From a virus (taxonomy: Duplodnaviria; Caudoviricetes), in IMG/VR virus record IMGVR_UViG_3300031804_000500, positions 1-53,507 of that record: a DNA stretch of 53,507 bases; one strand, 5' to 3'. Shown here piece after piece: positions 18,409 through 27,576 of this stretch (position 1 is the stretch's first letter; each line of letters starts with the position of its first letter). The translations under genes were made by a program, and so were the position numbers. The notes beneath the pieces were generated by a model that was not told the DNA's origin, ran no database searches, and was given only the letters and a program-made list of their open reading frames with translations.

Positions 18409-18936
18409 CTATATAGGTTTATCACTTTTATACTGTTCCCAGTTTGTAAATTTATCCAATGATTTTAGTTGATGTATTCTATGTACCCATACACCCGGGT
18501 TTGATGCTTTAAAATCTATATCATCTAATTTAAGGCATGCATTATAATTAAGACATTCTTCCATATATGGTATTTTAACAGATAGCATTAATATAAAATT
18601 AGTCTCGGCTTTAAACAATGATAAAGTATCTAAAATATGCGGATAAAATTTAATATCAATGTCAAGTGTTACGTGGAATTTTTCTTTTAGTAAACCCATT
18701 ACTAAATATTCCCATTCTGTTATATCTGCTTCGTTTTTATATGTAAAACTTTGATTTGCTCCAAGATATATATGTGTACAGTTGTTTATATTTGCTAAAT
18801 CTATTATATTCTGTGTGTCATGCTTACCAGCAACAAACAATGTTGTCATGCCATGTGCTGGTGTATGTTCTACTTCTACACCCACAAACATGATATCTTC
18901 TACATCAGAAGTACCGGTTATATACTCTCGTTTCAC
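18409..18936 (-). CDS. Hypothetical enzyme-like protein inside the deazaguanine cluster
   Basis: GVEVEHTP, HIYLGANQSF and KLDDIDFKASNPGVW look like conserved motifs; GTG start. Confidence 0.65.
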   Translation of the reverse strand: MKREYITGTSDVEDIMFVGVEVEHTPAHGMTTLFVAGKHDTQNIIDLANINNCTHIYLGANQSFTYKNEADITEWEYLVMGLLKEKFHVTLDIDIKFYPHILDTLSLFKAETNFILMLSVKIPYMEECLNYNACLKLDDIDFKASNPGVWVHRIHQLKSLDKFTNWEQYKSDKPI

Positions 18937-18939
18937 TTC

Positions 18940-19152
18940 TTATCTTTTTATTAAATTTGTTAGTCTGTCTTTAATTAGTGCTATTTCATCTTTAAGATGA
19001 AGTTTTTTAACTTTTTGTAATTTTATGTCTTCTTCATTACTATGTTTATTATACATGTTTTTTATTTCTTTGTCAATGTTTCTATGTGTTTTTACCAACT
19101 GATTATAATTATTTTCTACAATATCTATTAATGCAATTGTTTCATATGCCAT
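18940..19152 (-). CDS. DUF465/YdcH-like small coiled-coil protein
   Basis: H..ID..I...K.KKL.LKDEI pattern. Confidence 0.6.
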   Translation of the reverse strand: MAYETIALIDIVENNYNQLVKTHRNIDKEIKNMYNKHSNEEDIKLQKVKKLHLKDEIALIKDRLTNLIKR

Positions 19153-20695
19153 TCATATTTTCCTCTAATTTTTCTAATGTTTTATCCATTGCGCGATCTT
19201 CTCCTTCATGTATACCATCAAAAGTTTCTGAATCACTACTATGGGTTACCTCATCTAAATCAAATAAACTGTTAAATGTACTTGCACTTGTTTTAAGTGT
19301 TTTCTTTTCATTAAAATTTGCTAAAAGACCTTCTGCTTTATCCAACAAGTCAAAAGGCGTTTCAGATTTAAATACATTGTTAATTAACTCTACCATATAT
19401 ACGACATCGCGTGGGGTCCAAACATCAAATTGTCCTTCTGCACTTTTGTTTTTAATTTTGCGCCATTCATTGATATTTGGTTTATGCATAACACATGCCG
19501 CATCTGCTAACGCATTTGCTCGTTGTACACTCTCCATGTGTTGATAAACATTGTGTGCCATATATAAGAAATACGAAAAACTATCCCAAGATGTTTTTCC
19601 TTCCTTACCTAATTTATTAAGATCGCCTGGCTTATAATAACAAATGTCTCCCATTGTCATTCTCTCTGCTATAGGAGAAGTCCATGGAAATGGTATGTCA
19701 CTGCCTGCTAATGTTTTTGAATCTACAGCTTTATCCATAATATAACTAAATCTGTCATTTCTATGTACGTGCTGTGTGTATACCTGTCCATGTGCTGTTG
19801 CAATAAACGGGGATGCACAATCAAATGTAACCTTTATATCTTTATTTACTGTTTCTCGTAAATTTCGCTGGATTGAGGTTAAAATTACGGCCCATTCTAA
19901 TTTGCTTGTACCCAAGTAATGGATAACATCCCTGCCAGGTTCTAATAATTTATCATCTCGTAATTTAATCAATCGTCGAAGAACAAGATCAACATCACGC
20001 ATGTTATTGCCGCCCATTGCCCAGCCTTCGAATGGATAATGCTTTACAGCATCATACCAAATATCTGCTTCAGTATTATTACCACCCTGTAGTACGTTAA
20101 GGAATTTTGTTACTCCTAATCTATTCTTTAAGAAAAAATCACAGTTATGTATTGTACCCTCTAGACAATCTTTAAAACTAGTAAGTCCTGTGCGATCTCT
20201 ATTTACAGGATCCGCCGCCCATGCAGGAATATCTAATATCATTGAATAATCTGCTGTGTACTCTAACCAATTAAGAATTGCTAATCGTACTTTATCAGCA
20301 CTACCCACATAGCCTGGATCTCCATCCTTCTCCCAGAAATGCGGCCAATCAAAATTTAGTACACCCTTACCAATTTGAAACCCGCCACTGTCTCCAAGTA
20401 TCCATGTGTTTTTTCTATCTCGTTCCTGCACCATAGATTCTTGTATAACACTTTTGTCAATATTTAATTGTGCATGACCTGCAGAATATAACGCATGGTC
20501 ATATGTAAAGTAACCTTTTTCTTTGTTTAAAAAATTACAACCTTCTATTCCATGTTCGAAGTCGGCAGGTATACGGTCATGCGGAACGTATTCCCCATAT
20601 CGTTGTTTTGAAACGAAGGTATTATAAAAACCAGAGATGCTCGGTAAAAAAATAGCGTAATCTCTATTTCTTTTACTAAGATTTATTGTTTGCAT
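19142..20695 (-). CDS. tRNA-guanine transglycosylase-fold protein, DpdA-like (candidate DNA 7-deazaguanine insertase)
   Basis: DSGGFQ, ILDIP, VLQGG, WAMGG, HYLG, FDCAS and HN motifs of the TGT barrel; no CxCxxC zinc motif; context of folE, queD and queE. Confidence 0.8.
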   Translation of the reverse strand: MQTINLSKRNRDYAIFLPSISGFYNTFVSKQRYGEYVPHDRIPADFEHGIEGCNFLNKEKGYFTYDHALYSAGHAQLNIDKSVIQESMVQERDRKNTWILGDSGGFQIGKGVLNFDWPHFWEKDGDPGYVGSADKVRLAILNWLEYTADYSMILDIPAWAADPVNRDRTGLTSFKDCLEGTIHNCDFFLKNRLGVTKFLNVLQGGNNTEADIWYDAVKHYPFEGWAMGGNNMRDVDLVLRRLIKLRDDKLLEPGRDVIHYLGTSKLEWAVILTSIQRNLRETVNKDIKVTFDCASPFIATAHGQVYTQHVHRNDRFSYIMDKAVDSKTLAGSDIPFPWTSPIAERMTMGDICYYKPGDLNKLGKEGKTSWDSFSYFLYMAHNVYQHMESVQRANALADAACVMHKPNINEWRKIKNKSAEGQFDVWTPRDVVYMVELINNVFKSETPFDLLDKAEGLLANFNEKKTLKTSASTFNSLFDLDEVTHSSDSETFDGIHEGEDRAMDKTLEKLEENMNGI

Positions 20696-21442
20696 TTATC
20701 TTGCTAATGCAGGTAAGATATAGTTATAAGCACCAATACCACTATCAATTATGATTTGTAGTGCTCCTTGATCAGAAATTTGTACAACACAAATACCACT
20801 TATGCCTAATTTAAGAATACTTAAAACTTGATTAAGAGGCCAACTCCAACCTTCAGTTAACTTGCCTTCTATGTTATTAGCAAACACTCTGCGTCCTGTG
20901 TGACTTGCACCAGCACCAGCACCAATAAGAATAACTAAATCAGTTCCTTCTGTTTTAACTTTAAATGTAGGATCTATTGTGGCATATATAGATGCAACCA
21001 TTGTCAACTCACTAACTTTTTGTTTTGTGGGTTGAAAAGTAACATTCCAATTTGCACCTTTGAAGACTGCTGTTTTTAATTGTTGTTCTACTATTTGTTT
21101 ACTCATAAAACGATATGTATCTGTATTACCATTTGCATCTTCAAATAATAGATTTTCGGGTTGTTCCTCACCATTACGGTCTCGCCTAACTACTTTTATA
21201 GTTGCATCATCTTCTTTATAATTTGGTAAATGTGATATACCATTAAGAAAACTTAAATTACCCATACCAAATTCACCCATTAGATCAGGTACTTGAGTAT
21301 GTAATTTTGCATTAAGAATAACTGTTCTATCAGTATCCATTGCGTCTATTCGGGTTTCTTCTTCAGTGCCTGTAACCTTAACACTTTCAATAAACCCCAG
21401 CCCTGCTGTATGTTTAACAATATCTAATACAACGTCTTTCAT
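20696..21442 (-). CDS. Sliding clamp (gp45/PCNA-like)
   Basis: About 248 aa, beta-rich, ending YILPA, directly downstream of the polymerase. Start moved to MKDVV, which has a GGAG Shine-Dalgarno. Confidence 0.7.
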   Translation of the reverse strand: MKDVVLDIVKHTAGLGFIESVKVTGTEEETRIDAMDTDRTVILNAKLHTQVPDLMGEFGMGNLSFLNGISHLPNYKEDDATIKVVRRDRNGEEQPENLLFEDANGNTDTYRFMSKQIVEQQLKTAVFKGANWNVTFQPTKQKVSELTMVASIYATIDPTFKVKTEGTDLVILIGAGAGASHTGRRVFANNIEGKLTEGWSWPLNQVLSILKLGISGICVVQISDQGALQIIIDSGIGAYNYILPALAR

Positions 21443-21476
21443 CTTAATCTCCATAATGTATATTATAACACCAATT

Positions 21477-24119
21477 CTACGCCCAGTCAAATAATTTATC
21501 AAATGCTTCGTTGGTCTTACTTTTACGTAAATCCCACTTTAATACACCCAACAAATTGTCTATTTTTTTGTCTACAATTGAATTTTCCATTGCAGTATCA
21601 TCGAATGGAAGTTCTTTATACCAACTTGGTATGCGTAACTCATCTATAGGATATGCTACACTAGTCATATTCATTGGATTATTGCGTAACTTACAAACAA
21701 TAGTTTTCATACCATCTACAATTTCTAAACAATAATTGTCTGAATACATTTTACGCAATTTGTTCCAATTAATGGCAGCCATAGCATGTCCTATACCACA
21801 ATGCCCAGTTTTCTCATATACTTTAGTATGCCTTGTTAAATTGTTAACACGTTTGGGTGTGCCTTTTTCCCAGTCTGGTTTGTTTCTAAAGTCATTGCGA
21901 AACTCTCTTATCTTATTGATAATATTTTCTTCTGTTGCTTTTGTTAATGTCATTAACAATAATTCACTAAGAAAGTCTTGCATATATGCAGGAGTATCTG
22001 ATCTTTTAAGATCTAATCCCATTGCTTTTATTTTTCCCGGCACACCTATATCTACTCTGTTACCTTCTAAATCATATACTAATACAGCATATCTTTTTTT
22101 AGTAATGAATATACCTGCAGAACTAATAGTTTCTTTACTTGCTGAAATAAGTTTACCTTGATCCCTTGGTACATTAAATGCTTTTGACATAAAAGACGGA
22201 AATGTAGTATTTGCTTCATTACATATTACATCATATAATTCTATTGCTTTTTCTTTATTCCATTCTAATTTACCATCAATGATATCTTTTTCAAATACAG
22301 GATATGCTGAAAAATAACAACTATCTGTGTCCCCATATATAATTGTTTCACCTATATGATCATATTTGCCAGTTAATATTTTGTTTATTTCTGCACTCAT
22401 ATGTCGCACAATGTTACGACCACATAGTGTTGTTGATTGCCCTAAACGTTGATCAAAGAAACGTGAACCTGGATTTAACAATGCACCATATAAACTATTC
22501 AAGTTAATTTTTTTAACTAACTGTCGCTTATCCCAAAACTCATATTCTATATTATTATTGTGCTGTTGTGCTTGTTTTGCTTTACGTTGAAGTTCTATAC
22601 GTTCTTGATACCAACGCTCTAGTAATCCTGGAATGACTCCTTTCTTGTCATACTTAAATATAGTACCATTAGCAGTTATCATCCATTTATGTTCGCCATG
22701 GAATACCATATCATATATTTGTGCTCCGGTGGCTTCTAATGTACTTTTATCCTCAAAGTCTAAATTTAGAATAACATTAGTATCCTTTTCCATGACTAAA
22801 TCATATTCGAGACTAGAGAATTTACCTTCCCATGCTTCAGCAATTTTATAGTTATGACTTTCTAATAATTCTATTGTTAGTGTTTGTCTGACTTGCCCTA
22901 CAATAGTTTCTGGACTCATATTCAAACTACGTAAAATAGATGGATACAGACTGCTTATATCAATTGATCCAATCCATTGATGCATTCCTTTTTTAGGAAA
23001 TGCTACGTATGCTCCGGCGGCTGTTGTTGTATCTTTATCGTGTACTTTATCGGGTACAATTAGATTTTGTTTATGTGCTTCATTTATTATTCCTTGATCG
23101 GTAACTGCCACAGCACCCATTGTAGTTTGTATTAGCACTGTATTAGCGTGTGCTAATACATTAGACAAGTCTATAAACTGTAACTTGTCATCAAACTTTT
23201 TAAGTAATATACAATCTTGTCTATTATATTCTATAAACGTTTCAAAATCATTTTTAAACAATTGATCCAACGTTCCATCATATGCAATTTTACGTTCACC
23301 TAATTCATATTCTCCTATTGCATCTAACGAATATGAATGCATTTCATGATATGTATATTTTCTATATAGTTCTAAATAATCTAAATGAATACGACCTTTT
23401 AAATCATAACTTGATTGTTCCCTTCCATACTTTTCATATTCGCGTTTTTTAGGTTTTTGACCCCATAAACAAAACTCACGTGTTCGCTGTTTACCTAATA
23501 CGCGAGCAATACGATTAACCATATATGGTATATCAAATCCTTCTGAGTTCCAACCACTTAACACATCTGCATCATCTATTAATGATAAAAACGTTTCTAA
23601 TAATTCTTTTTCATTATGACATAAAATAGTATCGTTGAATTTGTCGACAATATCTTGTCCTTCAAATGTTGTTAATGTATTTGGTTTAATACAAATAGTT
23701 ATTAACTTATCTATCCAACTCAAGTATAAAGATATAGCATTAACAGGTGCAAATGCATCTGCTGGATCAGCGAATCCTTGCTTGATATCAAAGTCCACTT
23801 CAATATCAAAAAAGCATTTGTGTAAAGTAGGTGCTTCCCCATCTATGTAATTTTCACTAAGACATTTGAAAATAGGATTTATATCCGATTCATATAATTT
23901 TTTATGTTTGTATAATTTTTTTTCTCTATGGAAATGTTTACCGGTAGTCGTACTGACACGACTCAAAGGATCCCCATATATTGAAGAGAACTTACCTTTG
24001 CGGTCAAGATAGTAAAAAACATATTGAGCAGGGAATTTCCGGAAGTTTCTCTTTCCTCCTATTCTCTCGACAACGTGGATTGTATCGTGATCCCTATCAA
24101 AAAGAGCATCAACGTACAT
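21477..24119 (-). CDS. Family B DNA polymerase
   Basis: Exonuclease FDIE, WNSEGFD, YNRQD; polymerase DISSLYPS, KINLNSLYG, YGDTDS, KKRY. Confidence 0.97.
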   Translation of the reverse strand: MYVDALFDRDHDTIHVVERIGGKRNFRKFPAQYVFYYLDRKGKFSSIYGDPLSRVSTTTGKHFHREKKLYKHKKLYESDINPIFKCLSENYIDGEAPTLHKCFFDIEVDFDIKQGFADPADAFAPVNAISLYLSWIDKLITICIKPNTLTTFEGQDIVDKFNDTILCHNEKELLETFLSLIDDADVLSGWNSEGFDIPYMVNRIARVLGKQRTREFCLWGQKPKKREYEKYGREQSSYDLKGRIHLDYLELYRKYTYHEMHSYSLDAIGEYELGERKIAYDGTLDQLFKNDFETFIEYNRQDCILLKKFDDKLQFIDLSNVLAHANTVLIQTTMGAVAVTDQGIINEAHKQNLIVPDKVHDKDTTTAAGAYVAFPKKGMHQWIGSIDISSLYPSILRSLNMSPETIVGQVRQTLTIELLESHNYKIAEAWEGKFSSLEYDLVMEKDTNVILNLDFEDKSTLEATGAQIYDMVFHGEHKWMITANGTIFKYDKKGVIPGLLERWYQERIELQRKAKQAQQHNNNIEYEFWDKRQLVKKINLNSLYGALLNPGSRFFDQRLGQSTTLCGRNIVRHMSAEINKILTGKYDHIGETIIYGDTDSCYFSAYPVFEKDIIDGKLEWNKEKAIELYDVICNEANTTFPSFMSKAFNVPRDQGKLISASKETISSAGIFITKKRYAVLVYDLEGNRVDIGVPGKIKAMGLDLKRSDTPAYMQDFLSELLLMTLTKATEENIINKIREFRNDFRNKPDWEKGTPKRVNNLTRHTKVYEKTGHCGIGHAMAAINWNKLRKMYSDNYCLEIVDGMKTIVCKLRNNPMNMTSVAYPIDELRIPSWYKELPFDDTAMENSIVDKKIDNLLGVLKWDLRKSKTNEAFDKLFDWA

Positions 24120-24128
24120 TGTATAATA

Positions 24129-24380
24129 TTAAAATGTTCTACCGACAGTTTCTAGGATTTCTTCTAACTCACTAAACTCATTACGGTGCTTCTGTAACTC
24201 ACCTTTGAATGCAACACGTATTGCTTTATTAAGAACAGACGGCTTAAGATCTAATTCTTCGGCTATTGCATTGACAGTGTCTCGCAGTCCTTCGCGAAGA
24301 TATGATATTTCTTGGGTAACTTGTATACCCTCATTAATTATTGTTTTTAATCGTTCTTGTTCTTCTGGTGTATGAGCCAT
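24129..24380 (-). CDS. T4 DsbA-like small dsDNA-binding protein
   Basis: 83 aa helical protein with the pattern L..II.E......I...RE...D....IAEEL; AGGAG Shine-Dalgarno. Confidence 0.55.
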   Translation of the reverse strand: MAHTPEEQERLKTIINEGIQVTQEISYLREGLRDTVNAIAEELDLKPSVLNKAIRVAFKGELQKHRNEFSELEEILETVGRTF

Positions 24381-24413
24381 ATTTTGCTCCTATGGTTATT
24401 ATATTGTTTATTA

Positions 24414-24442
24414 AGTTTAAAGCATATTGACAGAAATGTCAA
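24414..24442 (-). promoter_or_regulatory. Sigma70-type promoter for the replication/modification operon
   Basis: TTGACA-N17-TAAACT; the -35 box is one arm of the inverted repeat TTGACA-GAAA-TGTCAA. Confidence 0.65.
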
Positions 24443-24460
24443 GTGTTTTTTAAAAAAAGT

Positions 24461-24532
24461 GGGCTCCCTACGCCTAGTGTGGATGCAGAGGACAATGACG
24501 GCGGTTATGTCCTCTCTAGCGTAGGAGAGCCC
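24461..24532 (-). ncRNA. Long bulged hairpin followed by a T tract (structured RNA or terminator)
   Basis: Nested stems GGGCTC/GAGCCC, CCTACG/CGTAGG, CTAG/CTAG and AGAGGACA/TGTCCTCT. Confidence 0.5.
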
Positions 24533-24537
24533 GTCAA

Positions 24538-25554
24538 CTATTTCAACATATCTTTTTTCATTTCTTGCAGAGTGGAATCTACGTCGTTCCACCATGGTTG
24601 GGGGTCTATAGAATCTTTTAATGCTTGATCTATTTTTGTGTGTCGTGTATCTGTTTGATCTTTTGTTTTACCTTTAAGATCTTTAAGCCATTTGTAGCCA
24701 GCTGTTCCAGCACCTATTGCCGCCGCGCCTGCGGCCATTGCAAAAGGTAATCCTTCTTTTACGGCTACTTCGTCTTTCTTTGGTCCAAATTTTTTCCAAA
24801 GTTTATACCATGTCTGCTTTTCTTTTGGCTTTGTCGCTTGTTCAATACCCCACATACCTAAACCGGCTCCTACACCAGCCGCTACCGCTGGCAATATTTC
24901 ATTGAGTTGTTCTTCGGTAAGTGATTCGTCGTGCAATTCTAATATAGACATTACTTCTAGGAATTGTTCTTCGTTGAGTTTATCTACATCTAGCGTGTCA
25001 ATTGCTTCAAAAAATGAATGTGCATCTGCTTCTGCTTCTTCTTGACTTTTGTGTGGTTGTCCTTGTGCTATCCAACCATGTGGTCCACGAACATATACTT
25101 GAAAACCGTAATCTGTTTTTACTACTCTAGCAACTATATCACTAGAGCCTTGTGGACTATATGCCCAAACATCTTCGTCTTTTTCCATTAAACCTGCTAA
25201 TGTTCTCATTCGAGTTAAATCATCGCCTACAGCTTCTGAAGTAAATTTATCTTTTAACCAGTTAATTCCTTGTTGTCTAAGATCTAATAATCTCTGAGTA
25301 TATTTGTTTGGTGTATTTGACCATTCTGATTCTGGTTCTGGCGCATAATGTTGATCGCGCATAGTATTCCATGCATTTTGTGGAACACCTTCTGGTGCAA
25401 GTTCTTGAGTATAATCAGGATTAGAATTTGTATGTTCAGGTGCAACAATATCTGTTTTAAATTCCAAATCCATTATTGGTTCATTAGTAATTGCTGTACC
25501 TTTAACTTCTGATCCTTGTGGAAGTGCGGTGACTTTTAATTCATTTATTTTCAT
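24538..25554 (-). CDS. Glu-rich putative virion internal protein
   Basis: MKINEL start, many (L/I/V)xE sites, two Ala/Gly-rich hydrophobic helices. Confidence 0.6.
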   Translation of the reverse strand: MKINELKVTALPQGSEVKGTAITNEPIMDLEFKTDIVAPEHTNSNPDYTQELAPEGVPQNAWNTMRDQHYAPEPESEWSNTPNKYTQRLLDLRQQGINWLKDKFTSEAVGDDLTRMRTLAGLMEKDEDVWAYSPQGSSDIVARVVKTDYGFQVYVRGPHGWIAQGQPHKSQEEAEADAHSFFEAIDTLDVDKLNEEQFLEVMSILELHDESLTEEQLNEILPAVAAGVGAGLGMWGIEQATKPKEKQTWYKLWKKFGPKKDEVAVKEGLPFAMAAGAAAIGAGTAGYKWLKDLKGKTKDQTDTRHTKIDQALKDSIDPQPWWNDVDSTLQEMKKDMLK

Positions 25555-26050
25555 TGGATTGATTATCTAATATTTTTAACAATGCATTACCCATAAACTC
25601 TCTTGCAGTTGCTTGTAATTCTGTATCTTCATCTAGTGCATTTTCTTCATCTTCTTCTTTAGATGCTAAAAGACTTGTAGGTGTATCGTCCCCCGGACCC
25701 GGCCATGGAGTTTTATCTTTTTTACGTTTTCTATATTTGTGCTCTTCTACTTTGTCTTCTTCTACGGGTACAATGGATTCCATTTCCATTGGAACCATTT
25801 CTGGTTCTGGCATTGGAGCTACTTCTGCTGTAGAAACCATATTATATTCCATATAGTGCTTAACTGCACCCATATAGTCTGCCGCTTTTGTTATTTTTGC
25901 TTGCATCCATGGTTCTAATTCGTCAGTGTCTCCTATCATTGAATGAAGTTCTCCTGCATATTTTGCAATTTTATACAGTTGGGATTTAGCCATCCACCCA
26001 TCTTCATCTGTGACATCAAGTACACCTTCACTAATATTTTTATGTTTCAT
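25541..26050 (-). CDS. Glu-rich putative virion internal protein
   Basis: MAKSQL...ELEPWMQAKITKAADY helical domain; TAAATA and AGGA upstream. Confidence 0.6.
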   Translation of the reverse strand: MKHKNISEGVLDVTDEDGWMAKSQLYKIAKYAGELHSMIGDTDELEPWMQAKITKAADYMGAVKHYMEYNMVSTAEVAPMPEPEMVPMEMESIVPVEEDKVEEHKYRKRKKDKTPWPGPGDDTPTSLLASKEEDEENALDEDTELQATAREFMGNALLKILDNQSNENK

Positions 26051-26081
26051 AATATGTTCCTATACAGCCTACTTTAAGTAT

Positions 26082-26558
26082 TTATTCAATTCCGTCTAAT
26101 TGTTTGTTCCATTCTGTTACTAAATTTTTATAAGTAGAATTTAAACTTTCATTTTCATCTTCTTCATCTTCTGGAGCAAATCTACCTAAATAAGCATGTT
26201 CGGATGACCAATCTTTTTGTCCATCATAGTATTCAGAGTCTTTTTTATGTCCACTTGCTAGGTATTTGTCAAATGCTTCATCATATGATTGTGCAGGAAC
26301 TTTATAGTAATGACTAATTGTTTCTGTTATTTCTATAACATGTACGCCTGGTAGATCAGGATCATAATCGTCTACTTTAAAAGCATTTCTAAATAAAGGA
26401 TTGTCCTTTGTTAGCATTTTATACATAGTAGCACTTCGACTGGCCGAATCTTCTACTATGCTTTCTCCTGTCATCTCACGTTTAATTTTTTCAAAATCAT
26501 CACTAGTAATTTGTATGTTTTGTCTACCTATTTCGTTTTTTTCATTTGGTATTGTCAT
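26082..26558 (-). CDS. Hypothetical acidic protein
   Basis: ATGA-coupled to the upstream gene. Confidence 0.6.
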   Translation of the reverse strand: MTIPNEKNEIGRQNIQITSDDFEKIKREMTGESIVEDSASRSATMYKMLTKDNPLFRNAFKVDDYDPDLPGVHVIEITETISHYYKVPAQSYDEAFDKYLASGHKKDSEYYDGQKDWSSEHAYLGRFAPEDEEDENESLNSTYKNLVTEWNKQLDGIE

Positions 26559-27250
26559 AATTGTTTACCTTCTTTTAAACCATCATTTAGATCCCATGGA
26601 CCCCAATGTCCGTGTTTTAGCATATTAATCATGGCTTTTTCTTTATTATATGTAGCATATGCTCCTGTTTCTTCTACAACACCACCAAGTGGATAGTATT
26701 GCTCTTTACGCATTACTACATTATTGCCGTTACTATTATCTAATACAACATCACCTTGCTCATTCCACGCATGTTCAAACCGTCTACCTGTTAAATTACC
26801 TTGACCATAAACGTATGCATGTACTAATTTCATACCGGACAGTTCTTGCTCTTCGGTTAAGTCTATCATTGTTCTACCTGCTACTTCAAAACAATCCCCT
26901 TTATCATCTTCTTCAAATAATGCACCCATTTCATTTAAAAGATCATTTAATTTACTTATACCTTCTGTTACCATTACTTTCCATACAGGGGATAAGTCTC
27001 TACCGTTTACAAAACTTTCCCAATTACGAATATTTAAAAATTTTATAGGCAATGCATTGTGTTCTGCCCAACCATTTGCTTGTTGTAATATTACATTTTT
27101 AGGAGCAAGCGGATTGGTGGATTTAGGTATACCTAAATTTAAAAGCATAGAGTTAAATTCTCCCAATGCATTGGGATTTTCTGGATATACACCAAATCGT
27201 GTAAGATCTTTAAGAAATTGATCAGATTTCACAAATCCTTGACGAATCAT
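26555..27250 (-). CDS. Protein with a C-terminal transglutaminase/papain-like domain
   Basis: GDCFE...HAW...VLDNS gives the Cys-His-Asp order of this fold. Confidence 0.55.
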   Translation of the reverse strand: MIRQGFVKSDQFLKDLTRFGVYPENPNALGEFNSMLLNLGIPKSTNPLAPKNVILQQANGWAEHNALPIKFLNIRNWESFVNGRDLSPVWKVMVTEGISKLNDLLNEMGALFEEDDKGDCFEVAGRTMIDLTEEQELSGMKLVHAYVYGQGNLTGRRFEHAWNEQGDVVLDNSNGNNVVMRKEQYYPLGGVVEETGAYATYNKEKAMINMLKHGHWGPWDLNDGLKEGKQL

Positions 27251-27576
27251 TGTTCCTTTTTGAGTTCCGTTTTGTCGGTACGTAAACCACCCTTACCAAA
27301 TTTTCTTGTTGCTATTCGTCTGACAAATTCCTCTTGAGCTCCTTTTGCTTGTTTTGAATCTTTTCCAAATTGTTGAATTGTTCTTTCTATTTCTTGTGCT
27401 AATTCATCCCTAGTCAAATTTTTAAATTTTCCAGCAGTTACTGTCCCTTCGTCGACATCAGACGATGCAAATAATGTTTTTGATTTTTTTCGTCGCGACA
27501 TTACACCCATAGGAGCGACTACTGTAGCAATTCCTGCTGACATGGTACTTTCATTTATAATATCATGTATTTTCAT
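27247..27576 (-). CDS. Putative virion internal protein
   Basis: MKIHDIINE start. Confidence 0.6.
   Translation of the reverse strand: MKIHDIINESTMSAGIATVVAPMGVMSRRKKSKTLFASSDVDEGTVTAGKFKNLTRDELAQEIERTIQQFGKDSKQAKGAQEEFVRRIATRKFGKGGLRTDKTELKKEQ

Noticed and set aside
21477-24119. Intein or intron in the DNA polymerase
   Set aside because: 880 aa is a normal size, the motifs are contiguous, and no splicing or homing-endonuclease motifs are visible.
24347-24628. ORFs 24347..24595 (-) and 24443..24628 (+) across the hairpin region
   Set aside because: They overlap real genes, a promoter and a structured element, with no coding signals.
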